Part shown: positions 38,298 through 48,234 of the stretch, piece after piece
Position numbering within the stretch: the first letter of the stretch is position 1
Layout of the letters: each line of letters starts with the position of its first letter
From: Patescibacteria group bacterium
GTDB lineage: Bacteria > Patescibacteriota > Microgenomatia > UBA1400 > UBA1449
Reading direction: 5' to 3'
Length of the DNA: 64,000 nucleotides
Assembly: GCA_050942955.1 (NCBI GenBank)
Contig: JBMNOG010000004.1
Span: forward strand, 4,431 to 68,430
The notes under the pieces: model-generated
The model's database searches: none
What the model was told of the DNA's origin: nothing
The model's input: the letters and a program-made list of their open reading frames with translations, nothing else
Program-made: the position numbers and the translations under genes

Positions 38298-38484
38298 CGG
38301 CCCTTTTATTACGAAAAGTTTACCCTATTCTAACAACATTATTATTAAGTTTTACTTATATGGATCAATATCATCGTACTTTTTGTAGTCATTTTAGGCT
38401 ATTGAAAGGGTACCTTGAACAGTTCTTTGACAGTAAAGGGGTGTTAATCGGGATCGGTCTAACACGTGCGGACAGGAGACAACT

Positions 38485-38823
38485 GTGCTTAAAAGAGTAG
38501 GCATTACCCTGGCAGTCGTGCTCATCGTTTCAGTCATCAATAATCCCATACTCGCAGGAGAGGAAAGCTGCACTAATCCCTCAATTTACCTGGAACACAG
38601 CCAGCTCACAATCTACCCACCAGGGACCAATGCCCACATTACCATCACAAACCTCTCAAGCGAGTGCTATGCTAATGTCGGACTTGCGTCCTACAAGTGT
38701 CTTAGCCCTCACGGCGACTTTCATGAGCTTTACCAGTTCACTGCAACCACAGTTAGCCCGGGGTACACCATCAACCTTGATGTTCCTGTCCCGTCTTGTG
38801 CTGCAAAAGTAGTCGCCTTTTAG
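38485..38823 (+). CDS. small secreted Cys-containing protein, hypothetical (GTG start)
   Basis: Signal peptide ITLAVVLIVSVINNPILAGEES. Six Cys. Confidence 0.4.
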   Translation: MLKRVGITLAVVLIVSVINNPILAGEESCTNPSIYLEHSQLTIYPPGTNAHITITNLSSECYANVGLASYKCLSPHGDFHELYQFTATTVSPGYTINLDVPVPSCAAKVVAF

Positions 38824-39030
38824 GGACACGTTATCACTACTCCAGGAAAGGTTGACTACAACCAAAGGCTGATCGACTCCGTCGCCACAACCAACAGACC
38901 CTACTGCAGCTGGCCTTTCCAGGTTTATCTGCCTGCTGTCGTTTCCGACACCCCTTAACTGTATGCCGAAGTGAGCAGGCAAACCTTGACTTCATGTCAT
39001 CATGCCTGCTCACTTCGGCCCGTCTCCCCA

Positions 39031-39066
39031 ATAACGAAAAAGGCCACCTTTTTCAAGATGGCCTTA
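39031..39066 (-). terminator. probable terminator for the minus-strand glycosidase gene
   Basis: On the minus strand: aaggcca-tcttgaaaaagg-tggcctt followed by tttcgttatt. Confidence 0.4.
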
Positions 39067-39094
39067 AAGAATTCCTGCCGAATTCTTTCAAGCG

Positions 39095-40639
39095 TTAGCG
39101 CTGTCCTTTAAAGAACGACTGAACCTCGTCAAACTGAGGACGGCTGGAAAAGTCGTTGTTAATTAGTGCTTCATTACCACCCATGCCCATATGCCAGTAA
39201 TTGAAGCCAACAACACCTGGGCGATTGCAGGCACCCATACTGTCTATAACCTGACGCTCTACATCACCTGAACCGGCACTTCCCCATTCACCGATAATGA
39301 TGGGTACTCCGGGATACCTGGACTGAAGTTCATCCAAACCTTGCTTCATGGTTTGACCGATGAGTTCAGGGTAGTGGTCGATAGTAATATTTCCCATCTT
39401 CTGGACTGTGGTATCTTCCAAGATACCATTCCAATCAGGGTTATTACTGCCCCAAGCGATAAAACCGTCAAAACCGTAGTAGCCGGTTTTTACTTTACCA
39501 CCCAAACCTATTTCAGAGAAAGCCTGGTTGGAAACATCAATAGCATCCCTCAGCCACTGGTTGAAGTGCTTAATATCTCTGAACTGGCAAACACCCTGCG
39601 CGCAGTAGGTCATATTACCAATACCACCATTCTGCGGTTCCGGTGCGGGGGTAAAGATATCTCCCTCAGCAAAGAAATCCCGATGAGCTTTTATGTAATC
39701 CCGGGTTTTTGCTAAATAGTCAGTGCTGTTGTTTTTGGGAGTATCGTAGATACCTTCAAATGCCAAAAACATGTGACGGTGCCACACTTTCAGACCCCTT
39801 GAGCGGATAACATCCACCCAGGTTTTAGTGTATGAAACAGCATCGCCGCAAGCCGGATTGTCATATGGCGTTTCAACAGCTACATGGGTTACACCCAGCT
39901 CTTTAGCCTTATCCACCCAGCGTTCAATATACCCATGGTCAGGCATATTACAAATCCTATCCTTAGTCTCCTTCATTGAGGAAACACTCTGGATTTCCCA
40001 GCTTTTACCAGTCAAAGGAACCGGAGCGGGGGTTGGGGTTGGTGTAGGCAGCGGCTCAGTTGTTGGCTGAGGAGTTGGCTCAGTTGTTGGAACTGGAGTC
40101 GGATCCGGAGTAGGGCTTGGGGGCGGATCCTCTGAAACCGCTTTACTGCCCAGCAGTTTAGCGCTGGTAATATCTACTTTAAACTCACCACGGTTCCAGA
40201 TTCGCACATGGAATGTCCCTACCCGTTCGTTTGTTTTTAACCCGGGAAAATCTGCAAGCGGAATAGTAACAGTCTGTTCCCCGTTTTTGCAGTTTTCTCC
40301 GTAGTTAGAAAGAGACACATAGTGCCATTCACCACCATAGGGCTGATCGAAAATCAGGGCTGATGCATCTCCTCCCAGCAAACAAGTGCCGTGGAGATTG
40401 TATGTAACTTCTAAGGCAGTTTTGTTGTTTAAGGAGTTGGACCTAATCGGCTGGTAACGCTCCGAAGCGCCATCTCGGCCGCTTAAGTTCCAGGGACGTT
40501 TAAGGAGCTCAGTGCTTTCTTCAGCTTTTACTGAAGAAATACTCCCTGAAAAGATTGTGACTAACATACCGGCAAGCGCCAGTAGAGACAGGTATTTTCT
40601 ACCGTGTCTTTTGAAAGTCGTTGAAAGACTTTGCGACAT
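39095..40639 (-). CDS. secreted glycoside-hydrolase-like TIM-barrel protein (clan GH-A-like) with N-terminal beta-domain and PT-rich linker. The start is uncertain.
   Basis: Signal peptide KYLSLLALAGMLVTIFSGSISSVKA. Linker PSPTPDPTPVPTTEPTPQPTTEPLPTPTPTPAPVP. Catalytic-domain motifs IIGEWGS and GGNEAL. The track ORF extends to 40852, but that 5' region looks non-coding. Confidence 0.55.
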   Translation of the reverse strand: MSQSLSTTFKRHGRKYLSLLALAGMLVTIFSGSISSVKAEESTELLKRPWNLSGRDGASERYQPIRSNSLNNKTALEVTYNLHGTCLLGGDASALIFDQPYGGEWHYVSLSNYGENCKNGEQTVTIPLADFPGLKTNERVGTFHVRIWNRGEFKVDITSAKLLGSKAVSEDPPPSPTPDPTPVPTTEPTPQPTTEPLPTPTPTPAPVPLTGKSWEIQSVSSMKETKDRICNMPDHGYIERWVDKAKELGVTHVAVETPYDNPACGDAVSYTKTWVDVIRSRGLKVWHRHMFLAFEGIYDTPKNNSTDYLAKTRDYIKAHRDFFAEGDIFTPAPEPQNGGIGNMTYCAQGVCQFRDIKHFNQWLRDAIDVSNQAFSEIGLGGKVKTGYYGFDGFIAWGSNNPDWNGILEDTTVQKMGNITIDHYPELIGQTMKQGLDELQSRYPGVPIIIGEWGSAGSGDVERQVIDSMGACNRPGVVGFNYWHMGMGGNEALINNDFSSRPQFDEVQSFFKGQR

Positions 40640-41010
40640 ACAGAAAAATCCGAATTGCGAAACCACAAATGAATGCATTTGCTGCCGCATACTCTTACGC
40701 AAAAGCGGGAAATTCCACAATTCTCTTTCTTCTAACCAAACTTTATAAATGAAGCGAATTTCTTCAAGACGCTGAAATGTAAAAAATAGTAAGTACAATG
40801 TAAAGATTGCGTAAGGGAGTTTCGATACTAGCAAATAGCTACCTAATTGCAAGGGTAGATAGGTATGTTTTTCAGGCAGAGTTAGAAGAAGTTTTGAAAG
40901 TTTTTATTTTTATTTATATTGATATAGTAGTAATAAATAAATTTGTGCTACTAACACACCATCAATATATTAGTTTGGTTAAAACTACAGGGGAAAGTTA
41001 TTCCAGTACG

Positions 41011-42495
41011 TTATACAGGACATGTATGCGCCACAGGCCCAATCCACATGTTGCCGTCCTTGGCTAGAAGTTCATTTGCCTCTTTGGGTCCCCAGGTGCC
41101 AGCTTTATACAAAGCAGGGGTAACATCATGTTTTTTAAGATAATTAAGAAATGGATCAACAAACTTCCAGGCAGCAAAAACAGAATTAATATTCATAAAC
41201 CATGTCCGTTTCCCTGAATACGCTTGCTCAATAACTTGTTCATAGGCTTCTATGTGCTCTTTGAAAAAATTATGGTAGCAAAAGTTCATGACAACCGGTT
41301 CAAGGTCAAAACCTCCCCCTGGTTTTTGGGCATCAAAACGCAGAAAGATGCCCTCAGCGGGTTGGATACGGATGGTAAGAATGTTATGTCGAGACCTGTC
41401 TTGAAAAACGCTTTTAGGAGATTTCTTAAATAAGATTGATAACTCAACTACAGATTGGGGCAGACGCTTGCCGGCACGGACATAAATGGGAATATTTCTC
41501 CAGTTATGGTTATTAATATAAATTTTCATGGCGGCAAACGTTTCAGTTTTTGAGTCTTTGGCTACACCCTGCTCTTCTCTGTAGCTTTTTACAGGCTGAT
41601 TGCTAAGACATCCGTTCTCATACTGTCCCACCGTAAAGTAGTTTTTAATAAGCTTTTCATCAGGGATGTAGAGGTCTTCCAAAGCTTTAGCGCGAGCTGC
41701 TTGGACATCTTCGGCTTTAAGACTCGCTGGTCTTTCCATAACGGCCAGAGCCAGAAACTGTAATAAGTGGTTCTGAACAACATCCCTGATTGCCCCGGTT
41801 TTTTCGTAAAAGGAACCTCGCTGCTTCACTCCCATTTCCTCTGCCATAGTGATCTGCATGTGATGAATGTATGTTTTATTCCAAACACTTTCAAAGATAG
41901 TGTTAGCAAAACGGAACGCTAAAATATTTTCAATCGTCTCTTTGCCTAAATAATGGTCGACAGGGAATATCTGTTCGGGCCTGAAGTGTTTTTCAACAGC
42001 TTTGTTTAGCTTGGTTGCAGAAGCAAGGTTAGTACCAAACGGTTTTTCAATAAGGACTCTTACCCACCCTCTAGTTTTATGTCTCATTTCTCCAAGGTTT
42101 TTTACAGCATCTACAAATAAATTTGGCGGAACAGAAAGATGAAATAGAAGGTTTATTTCACTATCTTGTTCTCCTGATAGTTTGCTGATTAACCTATTTA
42201 GGGAAGTAAACGTTTTCTTATCAGTCAAATCACCACGGACATAATAAATCTTAGTTTTAAACTGATTCCAGGCACTTTCATTAAGAACTCCAAGACTTCC
42301 CTCTAAACTTCGGCGGACATGAAGTATGAATTCTTCTTTTGTAAGTGGGCGCCTGCCGTTCCCAACTAAAACAATATCCTGGGGTACGCGCATGGTTTCA
42401 AACAAGTTGAAAACCGCAGGAATAATATTTTTCTCGGCCAGGTCGCCGGTTATTCCAAACACTGTAAAAATTAAAAGTCCCTTTTGCCTTGTCAT
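41011..42495 (-). CDS. zwf: glucose-6-phosphate 1-dehydrogenase
   Basis: IFGITGDLA NADP-binding motif, PVDHYLGKE active-site motif, EKPFG. Confidence 0.9.
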   Translation of the reverse strand: MTRQKGLLIFTVFGITGDLAEKNIIPAVFNLFETMRVPQDIVLVGNGRRPLTKEEFILHVRRSLEGSLGVLNESAWNQFKTKIYYVRGDLTDKKTFTSLNRLISKLSGEQDSEINLLFHLSVPPNLFVDAVKNLGEMRHKTRGWVRVLIEKPFGTNLASATKLNKAVEKHFRPEQIFPVDHYLGKETIENILAFRFANTIFESVWNKTYIHHMQITMAEEMGVKQRGSFYEKTGAIRDVVQNHLLQFLALAVMERPASLKAEDVQAARAKALEDLYIPDEKLIKNYFTVGQYENGCLSNQPVKSYREEQGVAKDSKTETFAAMKIYINNHNWRNIPIYVRAGKRLPQSVVELSILFKKSPKSVFQDRSRHNILTIRIQPAEGIFLRFDAQKPGGGFDLEPVVMNFCYHNFFKEHIEAYEQVIEQAYSGKRTWFMNINSVFAAWKFVDPFLNYLKKHDVTPALYKAGTWGPKEANELLAKDGNMWIGPVAHTCPV

Positions 42496-42528
42496 ATCCC
42501 TTCAATTATACAAGCCATAAATCTGTTG

Positions 42529-42693
42529 CTAGTAACGGGTTTTGCGAGCTGAGCCGCCTTTGACTCCTAAACTCAACCTCTCTTTTAAAACCTTTTTATG
42601 AAGATTATCTTGACCTAATAACTTCATGTGTTCCTGCTTTTCATTGTCATTAGCAGCTTCGTACCCGCATACAGGACAGATCCAGTATGCCAT
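42529..42693 (-). CDS. 54-aa CxxC small protein (MAYWICPVCGYEAANDNEKQEHMKLLGQDNLHKKVLKERLSLGVKGGSARKTRY)
   Basis: Perfect SD GGAGGTG 5 nt upstream of the ATG. Below the ORF-track size cutoff. Sits between zwf and a lipoprotein gene. Confidence 0.5.
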   Translation of the reverse strand: MAYWICPVCGYEAANDNEKQEHMKLLGQDNLHKKVLKERLSLGVKGGSARKTRY

Positions 42694-42891
42694 ATGTGTC
42701 ACCTCCTTCCTTCCAGAAGATTGTAAAAAGTGCGAAGTTTGTATTTAGTAAATAGTCAAAATAGTAACAATTTTTTAGATTACGTAGCAAACATAATAAC
42801 AATTTGATAGTTTTGTAAGAGACAGGTAAGTAACTAAAATAACTCTGGCATTTCTGTAAAAAATCCATACAATAAATGTAGATACCTAGTT

Positions 42892-43656
42892 ATGACTGCA
42901 GAATACCCTTCTCCATCCCAAGAACAAATAGCCAGGCTACCTGAAAAAAAAGATTTACTGTCAAAAATCAGACCATCGATGGTTCCGGTACTTATGGCAA
43001 TTGTTATAACTTTAAGTGGCTGTAGCGATGCGCAAATAGAAAACGCAATCGCAGCTGAAGCTACAGCCACTGCACAATATCAGGCCGATAGGTACGCGGC
43101 CGAGCAAGCGTATAAGGAAGAAACCGGTATAACCGCATGGGAAGAGCGGCTAAAACAAGAGCAGGTAGATCAGGAAAGGATAGTTGCTCAAAAAGCAGCA
43201 CTTGAAACAGCCTTGAATAATAGTATGGGTCTGAATCCATACAGACAAGTTATCTACGACCCATCAAAGTATCGGGTTATGCCAGAAGAAGGAGTAAATA
43301 TACGGACTTTTCCCAGCTCTATGTTAAAAAATGAAACTATTATTGGAGGCCTAAGTCAGGGCATGATCCTGCCGGAGATAGAGTTTACTATTAAAAGAGA
43401 CACTGGAAAAGATATTGAGTACTGGGCAGCTATTCCTTGGCCTCAACTTGAAGAAGTTGTACATGTTCCAGAATACGGAACAGAGACAGAGCATCTTCGC
43501 AGGGGCTACATCAAAAGCGATGTAATGGGTCAAAATCTACCAATAAGTACACAAGAGACGGGGCAGGAAAGAGAAGGATATGGCTTTGTCTGTATTAGTA
43601 TGGGAGCTACAAATTATGTGGGTTTGGAAAAAGTGCCTGATAACGTAGTTAATTAA
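42892..43656 (+). CDS. lipoprotein, hypothetical
   Basis: Signal plus lipobox VITLSGCS. Coiled-coil-like Ala/Glu/Gln-rich N-region. Confidence 0.5.
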   Translation: MTAEYPSPSQEQIARLPEKKDLLSKIRPSMVPVLMAIVITLSGCSDAQIENAIAAEATATAQYQADRYAAEQAYKEETGITAWEERLKQEQVDQERIVAQKAALETALNNSMGLNPYRQVIYDPSKYRVMPEEGVNIRTFPSSMLKNETIIGGLSQGMILPEIEFTIKRDTGKDIEYWAAIPWPQLEEVVHVPEYGTETEHLRRGYIKSDVMGQNLPISTQETGQEREGYGFVCISMGATNYVGLEKVPDNVVN

Positions 43657-43709
43657 ATAGCTATTAAAGATAGATTTTAGAGTGTTAATCACTACACTTA
43701 TAGAGTAAA

Positions 43710-44597
43710 CTACCCAAGCTGATTAGAAGTAGTACTGAGTATGAACTCAGCGTTAGCAACCTGAAACCATCTAGTCGTATACTTTTCAATTTCTGCCATT
43801 TCTATTTTTGCATCCCTATGTTGAAACAAAAGCTCTAGAAGCTCTAGTCCTTCCCTGTAAAATCCCTGCTGTTGTTTGGGCAAAGCTGAGGCTACAGTTA
43901 ACATAACCATGTCTTCAAAAATCTGATCAGCATGCTGTTTATCAATTTGTTCTAATCTTGCAACTAAAGGTTCCACTTCAATGGGGGCATGAACCTTAAT
44001 TGCACCTTTTAGACCTTCTTTGCAAGATGTGATTGGGAGAACAAATCCCGCTCTGCGTGCCAGTTTTGCCAAACCAGGCTTAGCTTCAATCATCTGCTTA
44101 CTTCGTTTCCCTTCAGGATAATACGCTACTACACCACCATTTCTAAGAATTCTTATAGCTTCCCTTAAAGACGCAGGGTTATTCAATTTACACACTTCTT
44201 CACTGAAGTCATCTTTTTCTCTCCAGATATCAATTGTCTTAATCCCCATCGTCTCAATCCCTTTTGGAACTGCCTGCCCCCACTTACCGGCCTTTCGTCC
44301 TTCTCTGAATCCTCTAGCAAGCATTATTGCCCTTGTCTCAGGGTTGGCTTCTAACTCTTTAACTATCCAAGCAGAATCGTACGTTCGCACCAAATTTGGG
44401 TGATTGAGAACAACTAAACACGACTGGCCGCCAACCAACCTTTCTTGGGCCTCATTAAGGTTATATTCTCCCTCTATTTTGGTAAAGACTTCCAGCACTT
44501 TAGTCAATTTAACAAAGGGCTCAACTTCTTCAGGAACCCCAAAGGTTCCGGGAATTCTTTCGTATAGTAGTGTTCTCAGGAAATTTTCGCGCTCCAT
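43710..44597 (-). CDS. acyltransferase-like protein (lysophospholipid acyltransferase / PlsC superfamily, tentative)
   Basis: VVLNHPNLVRTYD resembles an HxxxxD block. YYPEGKRS resembles the FPEGTRS block. Confidence 0.45.
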   Translation of the reverse strand: MERENFLRTLLYERIPGTFGVPEEVEPFVKLTKVLEVFTKIEGEYNLNEAQERLVGGQSCLVVLNHPNLVRTYDSAWIVKELEANPETRAIMLARGFREGRKAGKWGQAVPKGIETMGIKTIDIWREKDDFSEEVCKLNNPASLREAIRILRNGGVVAYYPEGKRSKQMIEAKPGLAKLARRAGFVLPITSCKEGLKGAIKVHAPIEVEPLVARLEQIDKQHADQIFEDMVMLTVASALPKQQQGFYREGLELLELLFQHRDAKIEMAEIEKYTTRWFQVANAEFILSTTSNQLG

Positions 44598-44714
44598 ACA
44601 GCTTGATTATTTTCTCAATTAGAAAACAAAAAATGTATTATACCCTAACTGTCAGGCATAAGCCAGATAGCTTGGTTGATTTTCTTTTTACTTATTGTAT
44701 AGTGTGTTTATCTT

Positions 44715-45287
44715 ATGATTGCGTATCTTTCCGGTACTGTTACTCATCTTTCTCCCGGCAGCTGTATTGTTCTTGCTGGCAGCGTTGGGTATGAGGTTTT
44801 TGTGCCAATCCGCACTGCCCAGAAACTCAAAACAGATAAATCTACTGAGTTGTATATTTATACCTATGTTCGCGAAGACCAGTTGAAACTATTCGGTTTT
44901 GAGACTCTACTTGAAAGGGATATTTTCACCTCAATTCTCAGTGTTTCAGGTGTTGGCCCCAAAATTGGCTTATCGATTTTGTCTTCCGGCACTGCCAGTG
45001 AAATCACTAAAGCTATAAGTGAAGCTAATGTCAGTTTCTTTACGAAAATTAAGGGCTTGGGTAAGAAGAATGCCCAGAAAATAATCATTGATTTAAAAAG
45101 TAAACTTGGTAGTATACAAGAACTTGATCTGCAAAATGAGACATCATACTCTGAAGACGTTATCGAAGCATTACAAACTTTTGGGTTCGGGAAGAAGGAA
45201 ATAGTTACTACCCTTGAATCACTTGATAAAGATCTTCCTGAACCTCAACTCATAAAACTAGCCCTGCAACGGCTTGGAAAAGCGTAG
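44715..45287 (+). CDS. ruvA: Holliday junction DNA helicase RuvA
   Basis: MIAYLSGTV... OB-fold N-terminus, HhH region (SVSGVGPKIGLSIL), ~190 aa, immediately upstream of ruvB with overlap. Confidence 0.85.
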   Translation: MIAYLSGTVTHLSPGSCIVLAGSVGYEVFVPIRTAQKLKTDKSTELYIYTYVREDQLKLFGFETLLERDIFTSILSVSGVGPKIGLSILSSGTASEITKAISEANVSFFTKIKGLGKKNAQKIIIDLKSKLGSIQELDLQNETSYSEDVIEALQTFGFGKKEIVTTLESLDKDLPEPQLIKLALQRLGKA

Positions 45288-46287
45288 CATGACACCGCCC
45301 AACTCACTTAAACCAACTGAGGAAATCTTTGATCAAACCTTGCGGCCAAAATCTCTAAAAGACTTTAATGGCCAGCCGACTATCAAGAAAAACTTGGAGA
45401 TTTTGGTTTCAGCCAGTAAAAATCGTAATGAACCGATCGATCATATTCTATTTTATGGTCCGCCAGGATTAGGTAAAACTTCTTTAGCTAATGTCATTGC
45501 CTCAGAAATGGGTGTCAGTATCCGTATTACTTCCGGTCCGGCTATAGAGAGATCAGGAGATTTGGCAGCGATTTTAACTAATTTGCAGGAGGGCGATATC
45601 TTGTTTATTGATGAAATCCACAGACTTAATAAAACCGTTGAAGAGACTCTCTACCCTGCCATGGAAGATTTTTGTCTGGATATCATTGTAGGTAAAGGAC
45701 CGGCCGCCAGAAGCTTGAGGCTTGATTTACCCAAGTTTACCATTATCGGAGCAACCACCCGCATTGGGGCTATTGCCTCTCCTCTTAGAGACCGCTTCGG
45801 GGCAGTCTACAGACTGCAGTTTTACAACGAAACTGATCTTGAAAAAATTATCCTGCGCTCAGCCTCCATCTTAAAGCTCAATATTTCTAAAAAAGCTGCC
45901 GCAGTACTAGCAAAACGATCGCGCCGCACACCCAGAATTGCCAATAGGCTTCTTCGTCGTGTGCGAGACTTTGCCGAAATCAAAAACAACGGGGTAATTG
46001 ATGAGCAGATTTTAGGCAAAGCCCTTGATTTTCTGGAGATTGACAGCAATGGTCTTGATCATACTGACCGCCAGTACTTGAAAACTATTTGCCATAAGTA
46101 CCAGGGCGGACCGGTTGGCCTTGAGACGATTGCTACAACTATGGCCGATGACGCCAGCTCAGTTGAGGAAGTCTGCGAGCCTTATCTGATGCAACTGGGG
46201 TTTGTGAAACGGACAAAGCAGGGCCGGGTAGCTACAAAAAAGGCCTTTGACTATCTGGGTAAAGAGAAAATCCCAACGTTATTTTAA
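45274..46287 (+). CDS. ruvB: Holliday junction DNA helicase RuvB
   Basis: Walker A GPPGLGKTSLA, Walker B LFIDEIHRL, sensor TTRIGAIASPLRDRFG. Confidence 0.95.
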   Translation: MEKRSMTPPNSLKPTEEIFDQTLRPKSLKDFNGQPTIKKNLEILVSASKNRNEPIDHILFYGPPGLGKTSLANVIASEMGVSIRITSGPAIERSGDLAAILTNLQEGDILFIDEIHRLNKTVEETLYPAMEDFCLDIIVGKGPAARSLRLDLPKFTIIGATTRIGAIASPLRDRFGAVYRLQFYNETDLEKIILRSASILKLNISKKAAAVLAKRSRRTPRIANRLLRRVRDFAEIKNNGVIDEQILGKALDFLEIDSNGLDHTDRQYLKTICHKYQGGPVGLETIATTMADDASSVEEVCEPYLMQLGFVKRTKQGRVATKKAFDYLGKEKIPTLF

Positions 46288-46331
46288 CCCCAGGAACCGC
46301 AATCTACTCTTTGCTTGTATAATAACCACGT

Positions 46332-47489
46332 ATGCAGATTTTGTTTTCTACGCTTCTAAGATTCATAGCTTTTATATTTTGTTTGGTTTTACTTTCGTTA
46401 TTTCTACCTGCCAAGACACTAGCCATAACTGACCCGTTAGTAAGTGAAAACAATAAATTTGGGATTCACATCTTTGATCCATCAGAAATTGACAAGGTAA
46501 GCGATCTAGTTAACAGCAACGGTGGAGAATGGGGGTATGTAACTGTTCCTGTCAGGGCTGATGACCGCAACCGGGAAAAATGGAATGCTTTCATGAAGAA
46601 GTGTAGTGACAAGAAACTTATTCCTCTCATAAGGCTCGCTACTACCATGACTCCTAAAGGGTGGGTAAAGCCATCACAGTATGATGACATTGATTTTGCC
46701 AATTTTTTAAACGATCTTGATTGGCCTACCCAAAACCGCTACATCATCGTCTATAACGAACCCAACCATGCTACTGAATGGGGCGGCGAAGTTAACCCCG
46801 AAGAGTATGTTCAGGTTCTTGAAAAAACTACCCAGACATTTAAAGACAGAAATGAAAATTTCTTTATTTTACCTGCAGGACTAGATGCAGCCGCTCCAAA
46901 CAAGTCCGGCTACATGAACTGGAAAACATTTCTTATGCGTATGTATGCCGAAAACCATAACGCTTTGAGTTCTATTGATGGCTGGACATCTCACAGCTAC
47001 CCTAATCCAGCATTTTCCAGATCCCCATATGATAGACACGACCACAGTATTACATCCTTCAAACATGAAGCAGACCTTGTTAAGCGCTTAACTGGGAAAA
47101 CTCTGCCTGTTTTCATCACTGAAACCGGCTGGAGTAATGAGCACTTAAGTGACTGGACTATTGCTAATTACTATGAAGTGGCCTTTTCTTCAGCATGGGC
47201 AGATGACCAGATAGTAGCCATAACTCCATTTGTCCTCCATGCCGGTAATGGTCCTTTCACCGTTTTTTCATTGCTTCATCCTGACGGTAGTCCAAAACCT
47301 CAGTACGAAACACTCAAAAACCTACCTAAAACTAAAGGACAACCGCTACCCAATGTTGAAGAGCCCGAAGTTGAAACAGTTCTACCGGTTTTAGGTGAAG
47401 TTACTGAAGCCACACCGCCCAGTAAACCCCTTTTTGATATTAATACATTAAACAAGCTATCAGATGTTTTTAATTGGTTTAAGAACTAA
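46332..47489 (+). CDS. secreted glycoside hydrolase, clan GH-A (GH5-like)
   Basis: Signal peptide. YNEPNH is the NEP acid/base motif. ITETGWS carries the nucleophile Glu. Confidence 0.65.
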   Translation: MQILFSTLLRFIAFIFCLVLLSLFLPAKTLAITDPLVSENNKFGIHIFDPSEIDKVSDLVNSNGGEWGYVTVPVRADDRNREKWNAFMKKCSDKKLIPLIRLATTMTPKGWVKPSQYDDIDFANFLNDLDWPTQNRYIIVYNEPNHATEWGGEVNPEEYVQVLEKTTQTFKDRNENFFILPAGLDAAAPNKSGYMNWKTFLMRMYAENHNALSSIDGWTSHSYPNPAFSRSPYDRHDHSITSFKHEADLVKRLTGKTLPVFITETGWSNEHLSDWTIANYYEVAFSSAWADDQIVAITPFVLHAGNGPFTVFSLLHPDGSPKPQYETLKNLPKTKGQPLPNVEEPEVETVLPVLGEVTEATPPSKPLFDINTLNKLSDVFNWFKN

Positions 47490-47492
47490 CCT

Positions 47493-48179
47493 ATGCACTA
47501 CCTTATTCATGGAGACTACCATTTAGCTTCAAGAAACTATCTTGTTTCACTTATAGAACAGGAGAAAAAGAATAAAAGAGAAATTATCCGATTAGATGGG
47601 GTCAAAACCACTCTCAATGAACTTATCCAGGCTGCAGCCAGCAACTCGCTTTTTGGTAACGAAAAAACTATTGTAGCCGAAAATTTTTTTTCCAGACAGA
47701 AGTCAAACGAACAGCAGCAGATCCTTGAGTGGCTTAAATCATACGATAACACAAATACTCTCATTCTTTGGGAAAGCAAAAGTATCGGCAAAGTACTACA
47801 ACGCAGTCTCCCTCAGAAAACTCAGGTAAAGGAATTTAAAACTCCGGCGCTAGTTTTTAAGTTGGTAGAACAAATCTCCCCCAAAAATAAATCGCAAGCT
47901 CTGGGTACTTTAGAAACCGTTCTGCAAAAGGAGCCGGCAGAGTTTCTGTTTGCCATGATCTGCCGCCAAATCCGGCTTTTAACCATTATAAAAGGTGGTG
48001 CAGAGGTCAAAGGCGCTCCCTGGATGGTAGGCAAACTTAAAAAACAGGCGTCCGATTTTACCCTGGAGCAACTCTTGACAAACTACCAGAAACTTTACAG
48101 ACTTGATAAGCAAATTAAGACCGGCCAGACCATTATGCCGCTTTCATGGCATTTATCTGTGTGGCTGAGTGAATTATAA
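47493..48179 (+). CDS. holA: DNA polymerase III delta subunit-like (short)
   Basis: MHYLIHGDYHLASRNYLVSLIEQ...SLFGNEKTIVAENFF matches the HolA N-terminal pattern. Confidence 0.55.
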   Translation: MHYLIHGDYHLASRNYLVSLIEQEKKNKREIIRLDGVKTTLNELIQAAASNSLFGNEKTIVAENFFSRQKSNEQQQILEWLKSYDNTNTLILWESKSIGKVLQRSLPQKTQVKEFKTPALVFKLVEQISPKNKSQALGTLETVLQKEPAEFLFAMICRQIRLLTIIKGGAEVKGAPWMVGKLKKQASDFTLEQLLTNYQKLYRLDKQIKTGQTIMPLSWHLSVWLSEL

Positions 48180-48234
48180 AGTTACAGTTAGCCATTATAC
48201 GTTAAGTAAGATTACATGTTTTACTTATTCTTAG

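Noticed and set aside
40640-40852. 5' extension of the glycosidase ORF (MQLGSYLLVSKLPYAIFTLY...)
   Set aside because: It precedes the signal peptide and lacks an RBS. It has an internal Met followed by a good signal sequence, so it is probably 5' UTR read in frame.
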